Virus record (IMG/VR): IMGVR_UViG_2896028454_000001
Location: 67,450 to 90,009 of that record
Length of the DNA stretch: 22,560 bases
From: a virus
Taxonomy: Duplodnaviria > Heunggongvirae > Uroviricota > Caudoviricetes
Strand: one strand, 5' to 3'
This document shows, one piece after another, positions 15,844 through 22,560 of the stretch (position 1 is the first letter of the stretch; each line of letters starts with the position of its first letter). Both the position numbers and the translations under genes were made by a program. A model generated the notes under the pieces. The model had not been told where the DNA came from. It made no database searches and worked only from the letters and a program-made list of their open reading frames with translations.

Positions 15844-16452
15844 TCAGCAGGTAACCCGGCTGTACGACAACCGGGCACGGAAGAACCCGCGGGCCGCGTC
15901 CCGGAACTCCAGACACCGGCCCCCGGCCACCCGCTCACCCCACATGGTCAGCGGGTGGCCGGGAGGAAATCCGCCTTCCCACCGCACCACCCCGGCAAGG
16001 TCCACCCACAACAGGCCCTTGTCGAACAGGGAGTGGCACTGGGAACAGGCCAGCATCGTGTTCCACAGGTCGAGTTTTTCCTGGTCGGTGCACACAGTGC
16101 GGGGTTTGATGTGCGCCAACTCCAACAAGTCCTGGGGGTACTCGGCCCGGCACAGCGCACACGGCGCCGCTGCTCGTCCGGCGAGCTTCCGGGCCCGCAC
16201 CACCCCCTGTTCACCGCGTCTGGCGGCCGGGGTGGTGGGGGAGAGTTCGCCAGTGAACTCCACATACCGGCTGCTGGGTTCCGTGCCGGGTTCAGGTGGG
16301 GTGCGCCAACCCCGCAACGCCAGAAACTCAGCGAGAACCATCAGCCCGGTGTGGGTCTTTCCCATCCCGGTGGACATCACCACCTTCACCTCAGTACCGG
16401 ATTGCCCTAGGCGGTGCTGCCCATCAAGCACCGCAAAGCCGTCTCCTGCCAC
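15844..16452 (-). CDS. HNH_2-family (restriction-type) endonuclease with an unusual N-terminus
   Basis: GGGAGG SD 7 nt before GTG 16452. RRGEQGVVR...CALC...LLELAHIKPR...NTMLACSQCHSLFDKG is an HNH_2-type core. Confidence 0.8.
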   Translation of the reverse strand: MAGDGFAVLDGQHRLGQSGTEVKVVMSTGMGKTHTGLMVLAEFLALRGWRTPPEPGTEPSSRYVEFTGELSPTTPAARRGEQGVVRARKLAGRAAAPCALCRAEYPQDLLELAHIKPRTVCTDQEKLDLWNTMLACSQCHSLFDKGLLWVDLAGVVRWEGGFPPGHPLTMWGERVAGGRCLEFRDAARGFFRARLSYSRVTC

Positions 16453-16508
16453 CCGTGCGCCTCCCAGGAAGAACCAACAAAGCGCACACGGTAATGGCAC
16501 TCACCGAC

Positions 16509-16537
16509 AGGCCACCCCACACCCGGGGTGGCCTTTC
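16509..16537 (+). terminator. Terminator-like hairpin upstream of holin
   Basis: AGGCCACCCC / GGGGTGGCCT 10-bp stem followed by a T-rich tract. Confidence 0.6.
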
Positions 16538-16561
16538 CTATTTCACCCAGAAAGGGCACAC

Positions 16562-16888
16562 ATGTCCCGTCGTATCGACCCCGCGTCCATCGTCCGCACC
16601 CTGCTCCCCTACCTCGTCGGAGCCCTCGCCGCTGCCGCCGCCCACTACAACATCGTCCTCCCCGAGACCGCCCTCGCCGCCGTCATCGAACCCGTCCTGG
16701 AACCCGTCGTGGCGTTCGCTGTCGGCTCCGGCTACTACCTGGTCGGCCGGTTCCTGGAGACCTCCACCGGCCGCACCGCCCAGCGCATCGGCCGCTTGGT
16801 CCTCTCGTTCGGGCTGACCGCCCACACCCCGGTGTACATCCCCGCCGCTGAGGTCGACGCCGCCCGCACCCCGCAGGCCGGGGCCTGA
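16562..16888 (+). CDS. Holin
   Basis: AGAAAGGG SD. 108 aa with two hydrophobic segments and the pattern IVRTLLPYLVG...YYLVGRFLE...GRLVL...PVY of actinophage holins. Confidence 0.72.
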   Translation: MSRRIDPASIVRTLLPYLVGALAAAAAHYNIVLPETALAAVIEPVLEPVVAFAVGSGYYLVGRFLETSTGRTAQRIGRLVLSFGLTAHTPVYIPAAEVDAARTPQAGA

Positions 16889-16935
16889 CCTCAACCCCAC
16901 CCCCCACAACACAACAGAACAGTCAGGAGGGGACC

Positions 16936-17697
16936 GTGAGGTACTGGTTCGGCGGCAGCCCGGCCGACTACGTCATCAGCCCCGGCCAGCAGGTACAGAT
17001 CACCACCGAAACGATCGGCTACCAAACCATCCTCGTCCCCGGGGTCCGGTTGTGGTGCTACGACTACGACACCGGGGACCGGACCACCGACCTGCTCGAC
17101 GCCTCCGGTTCCCAGGTCGACCACCTGGTCACCGTGGACTACGGGGCGATCCCCCGGTTCCGGGGCCCGGACGAGGTGCGCCGCCTGCTGATCGGCCCCG
17201 AACCCGCCGACCCCGGGGCCGGGGCGGAAACCGAAACCCCGTCCCGGTGGATCATCACCTCCACGGACTGGCCCACCATCGTGTCCAGCCTCGCCACCCG
17301 GGTCACCGCCTTGGAGGACACCGGGGGAGGGGGCGGTGAGCCGATCGACGCGGTCGCGACTGCCCACCCCCTGGTGTGGTCCCTGGACGGCGAGGCTGAA
17401 ACCCGCACGTCACCGCACTCGTACTGGAACCTCGAAGGCAAAGGCCAGACGGTCACGAAGGTGCGCGCCCAGGGCAACGTCATCGCCGGAACCTTGGCGG
17501 TGCACGTCCTCACCATCGACCCGGTCACCCAGGCCACCACGATCATCGCCGCTCTGCTCCTGGACTCCACCAACCCGCACGCCACCACCACCGTCGACGC
17601 GGCCGTGTCGGACGGCACCGGGCTGACCGTCGCCGTGGAACTCGGGTCGGACGGCGACCAGATCGAAGACGTCACCGTGCAGGTGATGCTCCGATGA
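16936..17697 (+). CDS. Putative minor tail / fibre-associated protein
   Basis: AGGAGG SD. The N-terminus RYWFGGSPADY...TDLLDASG resembles actinophage fibre N-termini, followed by a short coiled coil and a beta-rich C-terminus. Confidence 0.55.
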   Translation: MRYWFGGSPADYVISPGQQVQITTETIGYQTILVPGVRLWCYDYDTGDRTTDLLDASGSQVDHLVTVDYGAIPRFRGPDEVRRLLIGPEPADPGAGAETETPSRWIITSTDWPTIVSSLATRVTALEDTGGGGGEPIDAVATAHPLVWSLDGEAETRTSPHSYWNLEGKGQTVTKVRAQGNVIAGTLAVHVLTIDPVTQATTIIAALLLDSTNPHATTTVDAAVSDGTGLTVAVELGSDGDQIEDVTVQVMLR

Positions 17698-19253
17698 CCA
17701 CCGTCGTAGACACCTTCGACAGGGAGGTCGCGGGAGGGTGGGGAACCACCCAGTCCGGGCGCACCTGGTTGCTGACCGGCGGCACCAACGCGGAACGGCA
17801 GGTATCCGGCGGGGCTGGCCGGGTCACTCTGGCTGACACGCCCGGCACGATCCGCGCGCAGCGTTTGTCGCGGCCGTGGACGGACGGGGAGATCTTCGCT
17901 CAGGTCACCGCCGGGCAAACCTCGGAAACCGAGTCGCTGCTCGTCGCGTTGTTCTTCCGCCGCGACCCGGCCAACACCAGCAACTTCTACCGGGCCCGAG
18001 TGCACCTCCGTGTGGACGGCACTGTGGACCTGGACGTCACCCGCGGCACGGTCGCTGTCGGGTCGCGGGTGTCCACGGGGGTCACGTACACGCCGGGGTA
18101 CCGGCTGGCGGTCCGCGCCCGGGTGGATGGCCACCGGGTGCGCGCCCGGGTGTGGCCTGTCGGGGCGGCCGAGCCCACCACGTGGCAGGTGGACCAGACC
18201 ATCACCACGGACCCGATCCTCACCGGGGACATGGGGGTGATGGTCAGTGCGTTCGCGAACAACACCAACACCGCCCCGTGGGTGGAGTTCCGCCGGATAG
18301 AGGTCACTTACCGGCTGCTGGTGGAGAACCCGCTCACTGGCGCCACCGGAACCCAGGTGTCCAACGCCAGCCTGGCCGCGACCGCGAAGGCGGGCACTGT
18401 CACTATCGGGGCGGCGGGGGCCCGTGCCACGTACAGCACCACCCAGACCGTGTGGGGGAACCCCACCGTCCAAGTCGCTTCGGGGCACCACCGGGCGGAA
18501 ACCCCGCGCCTGCGGTTGACCTTGCCCACGTCGGGGCGGTGGTCGGCCCGGTTCTACACGTGGATGCCCGCTCTCCAGGACGCCGGGCACGGCACCAACG
18601 AAGTCCGGTCCGTGGCTGTCCTCCCCGAGTACGCGTGGGTGGTGCACGCCACCACGGCCGGGAACGTCGGCGCCCGGTTGCAACTCCCCGACCTGGCGGC
18701 GACGCCTCTGTCGTGGGCCACCGAGACCGGCACTGCTGTGGCGACGGCCCGGTGGTGGAGGGTGGAACTCCAGTGGGACGGGGCTTCGGTGTTCACGTCC
18801 CGCGTGTACCCCGGGCATGAAACCGCTACGTCCCGGGTGCACACGTGGACAGGGATGTCCGATTTGGGACGTACCTTGGACGTGACCGGGTTCCGGTGGC
18901 GGCGCCGTACCACCCTCCGGTGGGGTGATCAGGGGTCGGAGGTCACCGCGCTCCAAAACGAGCTGGTGGACCTGGGGTACGACATCGGCCCGTGGGGTGC
19001 GGATGGTGACTACGGCAACGCCACCTACAACGCGGTGGTCGCGTTTCAGGGTGACTACGGTGTTGCTCCCGCGGATGGTGTGGCTGGTCCGGAGACCCGG
19101 GCCGCGATGGATCTGGCGTTGGGCCGGGTGCCTCCGCCGTTGTACCTGTCGCATGTGGCGGTCGCGGACGGGGAGTTGATCGGCCCGGTGGAGCCTCCGC
19201 CTCCGGACCCGGTTCAGCGCCGGGGCAGGTTGGTGTTGGGGATGCGCATCTGA
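17694..19253 (+). CDS. Putative virion protein with beta-sandwich domains and a PG_binding_1 domain
   Basis: ATGA overlap. Trp/Thr-rich beta domains (VVDTFDREVAGGWG...). LRWGDQGSEVTALQNELVDLGY...ADGDYGNATYNAVVAFQ...DGVAGPET is a PG_binding_1 pattern. Confidence 0.65.
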   Translation: MTTVVDTFDREVAGGWGTTQSGRTWLLTGGTNAERQVSGGAGRVTLADTPGTIRAQRLSRPWTDGEIFAQVTAGQTSETESLLVALFFRRDPANTSNFYRARVHLRVDGTVDLDVTRGTVAVGSRVSTGVTYTPGYRLAVRARVDGHRVRARVWPVGAAEPTTWQVDQTITTDPILTGDMGVMVSAFANNTNTAPWVEFRRIEVTYRLLVENPLTGATGTQVSNASLAATAKAGTVTIGAAGARATYSTTQTVWGNPTVQVASGHHRAETPRLRLTLPTSGRWSARFYTWMPALQDAGHGTNEVRSVAVLPEYAWVVHATTAGNVGARLQLPDLAATPLSWATETGTAVATARWWRVELQWDGASVFTSRVYPGHETATSRVHTWTGMSDLGRTLDVTGFRWRRRTTLRWGDQGSEVTALQNELVDLGYDIGPWGADGDYGNATYNAVVAFQGDYGVAPADGVAGPETRAAMDLALGRVPPPLYLSHVAVADGELIGPVEPPPPDPVQRRGRLVLGMRI

Positions 19254-19256
19254 AGG

Positions 19257-19300
19257 TTGCTGACCTCCGATAAGTGCACTAGTCTCGCACATGTGTTCGA
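19257..19300 (+). promoter_or_regulatory. Promoter overlapped by an actinobacterial LexA (SOS) box-like site
   Basis: TTGCTG (19257-19262), 17 nt, TAGTCT (19280-19285). TCGCAC-ATGT-GTTCGA (19285-19300) has one mismatch to TCGAAC-N4-GTTCGA. Confidence 0.6.
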
Positions 19301-19329
19301 TAAGGGTGGGGACCCATCGAACAGTCCTC

Positions 19330-19364
19330 GGCCCCCGCACCCTTCACCGGGTGCGGGGGCCTTT
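19330..19364 (+). terminator. Intrinsic terminator between convergent operons
   Basis: 13-bp perfect stem GGCCCCCGCACCC / GGGTGCGGGGGCC followed by TTT. Confidence 0.8.
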
Positions 19365-19392
19365 CGTCGTATCCGGATGTTGTAGGGCGGCT

Positions 19393-19746
19393 CTACCCGC
19401 GACCCACCTGAGCACCCTTTAGAAGCTCACGGACCCGCGACGGTGGCACCCCAGCGGCAGTAGCCACATCGGCGCAGGTCACCCTCTGCGCACCTAGAGA
19501 CCGCACGACTTCCACAACCGCAACCTCATACGCCTCCCGGGCCTCGTTCACCGCTGTGATCTGTGGCGAAACCGGGACCACCACCACGTCCGCGGGCTCA
19601 TCCACCACCAACGCGAGCGCACTGGCCGCCGACTTCTTCACCTCTCGCAAAGTCCGGCCGTGCACGTACACGCCGGAACCCTCCACCTTGCCGACCCATC
19701 TGCGGCCCTTACGCTTCACAACCACCCGGTACGAGCACCCCATCAC
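19393..19746 (-). CDS. hicB: HicB-like antitoxin with C-terminal HTH
   Basis: YRVVVKRKGRRWVGKVEGSGVYVHGRTLREVKKSAASALAL fits the HicB N-domain pattern (GxTxxE). The C-terminal CADVATAAGVPPSRVRELL is HTH-like. GTGA overlap with the upstream gene. Confidence 0.62.
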   Translation of the reverse strand: MMGCSYRVVVKRKGRRWVGKVEGSGVYVHGRTLREVKKSAASALALVVDEPADVVVVPVSPQITAVNEAREAYEVAVVEVVRSLGAQRVTCADVATAAGVPPSRVRELLKGAQVGRG

Positions 19747-20942
19747 CCAACCTCCAGTACGTCCGCGATGATCCGATCCGCCAGCTCGTCAGGGAGTGGG
19801 CCACGCGGAACCGTGAACTCGTGCCCGCCCGCCCTGTACATCACGTGCGTGTCGGAGGACCGCACGGTTCGAACCCCCCAACCCCGGGTGCGGGCAGGCT
19901 CCCGAACCCGGGAAATACCGCCGTCCGCACGGTTCTTCAGGTTCGCGGTGACCTCCTGGGTAGCGGCCCATTCCTGGATGGTGATGATGCGCGGGTGCAC
20001 TTCCCTGGGAGACCACACCCACTCGCTGATCGGGTTGATCCGCCCACCCCCTGTGCGGCTGGCCTTGCGGTTGTACACCTGGTAACCGGTCAGCTTGGGG
20101 TTGGCCAACAACCCCTCCACCCGCTGGATCGTCCACTCCCCATCGACTGGGTACAGGTCCGGCCGCGAGTTGCAGAAGAACGCGATGTCCTCGCCCCGCA
20201 TCCGCTCCTTAAGACGCAACCGGAACAGCTCGGCCGCCGCAACCTGCCTGCGTTCGTCGGGGTGGAACGCCAACTTCTTCTTCGGCCGCCGCGGGCCGAA
20301 CCGTTCCGGTTGCGGAGGGGCGTTCTCATCGACCACCGCGATGTAGGGGTAGGGCGGCCGCCCGTGGTTCCACCCGTTGGTCGTGTGCTGGACTTGGCCG
20401 CCCATGGACATCTCCAACAGGGCGTACCGGTACACTTCGGCATCAACCTGGCTGTACCGCCTGGTGCGCAACTGGCCAGTCTTCGTGCCGCCGACCGGTT
20501 CGTTGGCGTACACCACCTCCACACCCAGCTTCTCCAGCTCGTGTTCCACGGTGAGGCTGGTCAGCATGGCACGCGCGACCCGGTCGGAGCGTTCAGCGAT
20601 CACGTGGGTGATGCCGCGGTGCTCGGCCTGGTCCAGGAGTTCCTGGAGCCCGCCGTCCCGGGGGACGGGGACCGCGAGGGTGTCGTACATCTCCGTGGTG
20701 CCCAGGCCGCGTAGCTCCGGGGGGAGCATCCCGGACTCGACGTCGTAGAAGTGCGCGACGAACTGTTCGCCGTCCTGCAACCGTTCGGAGGCCAACGCCA
20801 CCTGGCGGGGGATCGACGACCGGGGGTCCTGGTTGTCCTTGGTGGAGACCCGGCCAGCGAACGCGACCCGGCGGGGACGGAGGTCGGTGTGCGCCCAGCC
20901 GGGTACGCCGGTGAGGTCGATGGGTGGGCCGTACTGCGACAC
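19743..20942 (-). CDS. Serine recombinase (resolvase + recombinase domains) with HicA-like C-terminus
   Basis: Catalytic RVST, ERSDRVAR, GRPPYPY and LLANPKLTGYQVYNR. No Cys zinc ribbon. The last ~60 aa (DTHVMY...FTVP...RII) look HicA-like. Confidence 0.85.
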   Translation of the reverse strand: MSQYGPPIDLTGVPGWAHTDLRPRRVAFAGRVSTKDNQDPRSSIPRQVALASERLQDGEQFVAHFYDVESGMLPPELRGLGTTEMYDTLAVPVPRDGGLQELLDQAEHRGITHVIAERSDRVARAMLTSLTVEHELEKLGVEVVYANEPVGGTKTGQLRTRRYSQVDAEVYRYALLEMSMGGQVQHTTNGWNHGRPPYPYIAVVDENAPPQPERFGPRRPKKKLAFHPDERRQVAAAELFRLRLKERMRGEDIAFFCNSRPDLYPVDGEWTIQRVEGLLANPKLTGYQVYNRKASRTGGGRINPISEWVWSPREVHPRIITIQEWAATQEVTANLKNRADGGISRVREPARTRGWGVRTVRSSDTHVMYRAGGHEFTVPRGPLPDELADRIIADVLEVG

Positions 20943-20954
20943 AGGTGTGCCTTT

Positions 20955-21320
20955 CTACTCGGGGAACTCGATACGCAGGTGGGGGATGAGACGGGCAACA
21001 CGCGCAGCCACGGCCCGGTGCCAGGCGGCCGGGTAGGCGGCCAGGTCCGGGCGTGCGGCATGGAACGCGGTGTCGTCGCGGTACACGGTCAAGGTCGGGT
21101 CGTCCTGCCCTTGGAGGGTGGCTGCCAGCTCCTCCACGAACACGGTCGTGGTCTGCTCCAAAGAGCGGATCTCAGCGGCAACCCCGTCCGGCACGTTGTA
21201 CTTGCCGGTCTCCCAGTGGCGGACGGTACGGCCCGACACCGGGGGCGACAGGTACCCGGCAAGGGCGTCGCCGGTGAACCCGAGACCTTCGCGGATGACC
21301 TTGATTTCGGCAGGGGTCAC
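20955..21320 (-). CDS. DUF1870/Aca2-like HTH regulator
   Basis: TPAEIKVIREGLG...VSGRTVRHWETGKYNVPDGV...PTLTVYRDD...RPD...WHRAVAA parallels Aca2 as I recall it. GGAGG before GTG 21320; alternative ATG at 21359 or 21356. Confidence 0.7.
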   Translation of the reverse strand: MTPAEIKVIREGLGFTGDALAGYLSPPVSGRTVRHWETGKYNVPDGVAAEIRSLEQTTTVFVEELAATLQGQDDPTLTVYRDDTAFHAARPDLAAYPAAWHRAVAARVARLIPHLRIEFPE

Positions 21321-21391
21321 AGTGCCTCCAACGCTCGTGGTGTACGACGTGGTCATCATGGCACTGTGGCTCCTGGGCCGGACGGGGACAG

Positions 21392-21919
21392 CTAGCGGGA
21401 CAGGGCGGGGGATGGCGGGACCACCGGGACGGGGTCCTCGTCGTGGTCGCCGCGGCCGTGTGGGCACCACGGGCACCACGGTTGGAGGCGCTGGTGCAGG
21501 TCCAGGGCGAGCAGAGACCACGCGAACAGGGCTCCGATCAGAGGGCCGCCTGCCCAGGGTTGCCACATCAGGGTCGACAGCAGCACGGCCACGGTGACCA
21601 TGCTGGCGACCATGAGCAGCCAGCGGGGCCGGTCGGCGAGGCGGTGCACCATTCGCAGGGTGCGGGCGTGGCGGGCGGCGTCCTCGGACGGGGTGAGGGT
21701 CATCCCAGCGAAGCAGCGTTCGCAGATGCGCCCCTGGTGCCAACGGTGGTAGACGATCAGGGATGTGATGGCGGTCGCCCCCAGGGCCGCGACGGCGGCA
21801 GACCCGGCGGGGTGAATGGGTGGCTGGCCTTCGATGGTGACAAGGGCACCGGCCAGGGAGAAGGAAGCGAACGCAGCCCCGGCGGACAGCTGCGCGGAGT
21901 AGTGGATAGTCCAGTTCAA
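21392..21919 (-). CDS. Membrane protein with two CxxC motifs
   Basis: About four hydrophobic segments, with HQGRICERC and HQRLQPWCPWC. TTG start after GAGGA. Confidence 0.7.
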   Translation of the reverse strand: MNWTIHYSAQLSAGAAFASFSLAGALVTIEGQPPIHPAGSAAVAALGATAITSLIVYHRWHQGRICERCFAGMTLTPSEDAARHARTLRMVHRLADRPRWLLMVASMVTVAVLLSTLMWQPWAGGPLIGALFAWSLLALDLHQRLQPWCPWCPHGRGDHDEDPVPVVPPSPALSR

Positions 21920-21990
21920 CAGGGGTTCCTCGGGGTTGTTGGAGGGGCCCGCGTCGGGTGGTGGCGCGGGCCGCAGGGAAACCGTGAGGG

Positions 21991-22560
21991 TTAGGTGAGC
22001 CGAGTGACGGGCGTGTGCAGGGCCACGGCGGGGGTGCCCCAGGGGCCGGTGCGTTCCCAGCCGGCGTCAGTGAGGGCTAGGTCCGCAATCTCGCGGAGCA
22101 GAGCGGCGGGGATAACCTCGTTCACGCGGACCGGCAGGTCGATCACGATGTCGTCGCCGATGGTGAGGGTGTGCCACTGGGCGCCGAGGTCGAGGGTGGC
22201 GTCCTGGTTGATCAGGTCGGGGTCGTGGCGCTCAACGATCGCGGCGAGGTCGATGGTCTCGATGATGGCCGTGATGTTCAGCTGGCCGAGTTCGTCGTTC
22301 AGGTCCTCGTCCCAGCCGTGGTTTTCGGCGTAGTAGGGGCCGTAGAACTCGTTGCCGTTCAGGGTTACGCCGTCGGGGAGGGCGGCGTTGATGGCGTCCC
22401 GGTACGCGTCAACCATCGCGTTGAAGTGGCCCTCTTCGTTGACGCGTTCCAGCCACTCGGAGGAGCCGCCGCTGATGTACGCGGCAACGGTGGCCTCGAC
22501 GGTCAGTTGGGTGCGGTCGCCGTGGTTGTTCCAGGTGCCAAAGGATGTGGTGGTGGTCAT
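21991..22560 (-). CDS. Acidic hypothetical protein (first visible gene of the leftward operon)
   Basis: 189-aa ORF with high-GC3 codons, rich in D/E/N. The ATG is at the window edge, so the true start may lie outside. Confidence 0.7.
   Translation of the reverse strand: MTTTTSFGTWNNHGDRTQLTVEATVAAYISGGSSEWLERVNEEGHFNAMVDAYRDAINAALPDGVTLNGNEFYGPYYAENHGWDEDLNDELGQLNITAIIETIDLAAIVERHDPDLINQDATLDLGAQWHTLTIGDDIVIDLPVRVNEVIPAALLREIADLALTDAGWERTGPWGTPAVALHTPVTRLT

Noticed and set aside
15738-15854. 38-codon hydrophobic ORF after the endolysin (possible spanin or holin-like)
   Set aside because: TTG start with no SD, and it overlaps the 3' end of the reverse HNH gene. Not supportable.
17139-19340. 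733-aa minus-strand ORF
   Set aside because: Antisense shadow of the two + strand genes. Arg/Gly/Pro-rich with no domain signal.
19253-20960. attP/attL/attR for the serine recombinase
   Set aside because: Serine att sites cannot be recognised without the partner site. Both flanks look phage-like and no host junction is visible.
1-22560. tRNA, rRNA, IS elements, diversity-generating retroelement, tail-fibre invertase system
   Set aside because: No cloverleaf or rRNA-like sequence, transposase, reverse transcriptase, TR/VR pair or inverted tail-gene cassettes were seen.

Overview
The whole window is a high-GC actinobacterial siphovirus or prophage. The host is not identifiable from the sequence and no host junction or att site is visible. 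On the + strand, in order: 3' part of an HK97-fold major capsid gene, a free-standing HNH endonuclease, head-fibre-like and head-tail joining genes, major tail protein with a probable -1 frameshift Ig-like extension, tail assembly chaperone G/GT, a 1703-aa tape measure protein with a CHAP domain, Dit, Tal/Gp37-like and minor tail genes, a lysis region (DUF2746-like, amidase endolysin, holin) interrupted by a reverse-strand HNH gene, and two more structural-type genes. From the right end a leftward operon runs: acidic protein, membrane protein, Aca2/DUF1870-like HTH protein, serine recombinase with a HicA-like C-terminus, HicB-like gene. The best candidate for novelty is a ~230-nt non-coding element (11697-11930) between the Dit and Tal genes. 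It has 71-nt periodicity, CRISPR-repeat-like UUCG hairpin units ending in GUUGAAG, G-U-compatible substitutions that favour the minus strand, paired termini and a candidate promoter. All protein family assignments come from motif recognition by eye, not from database searches.
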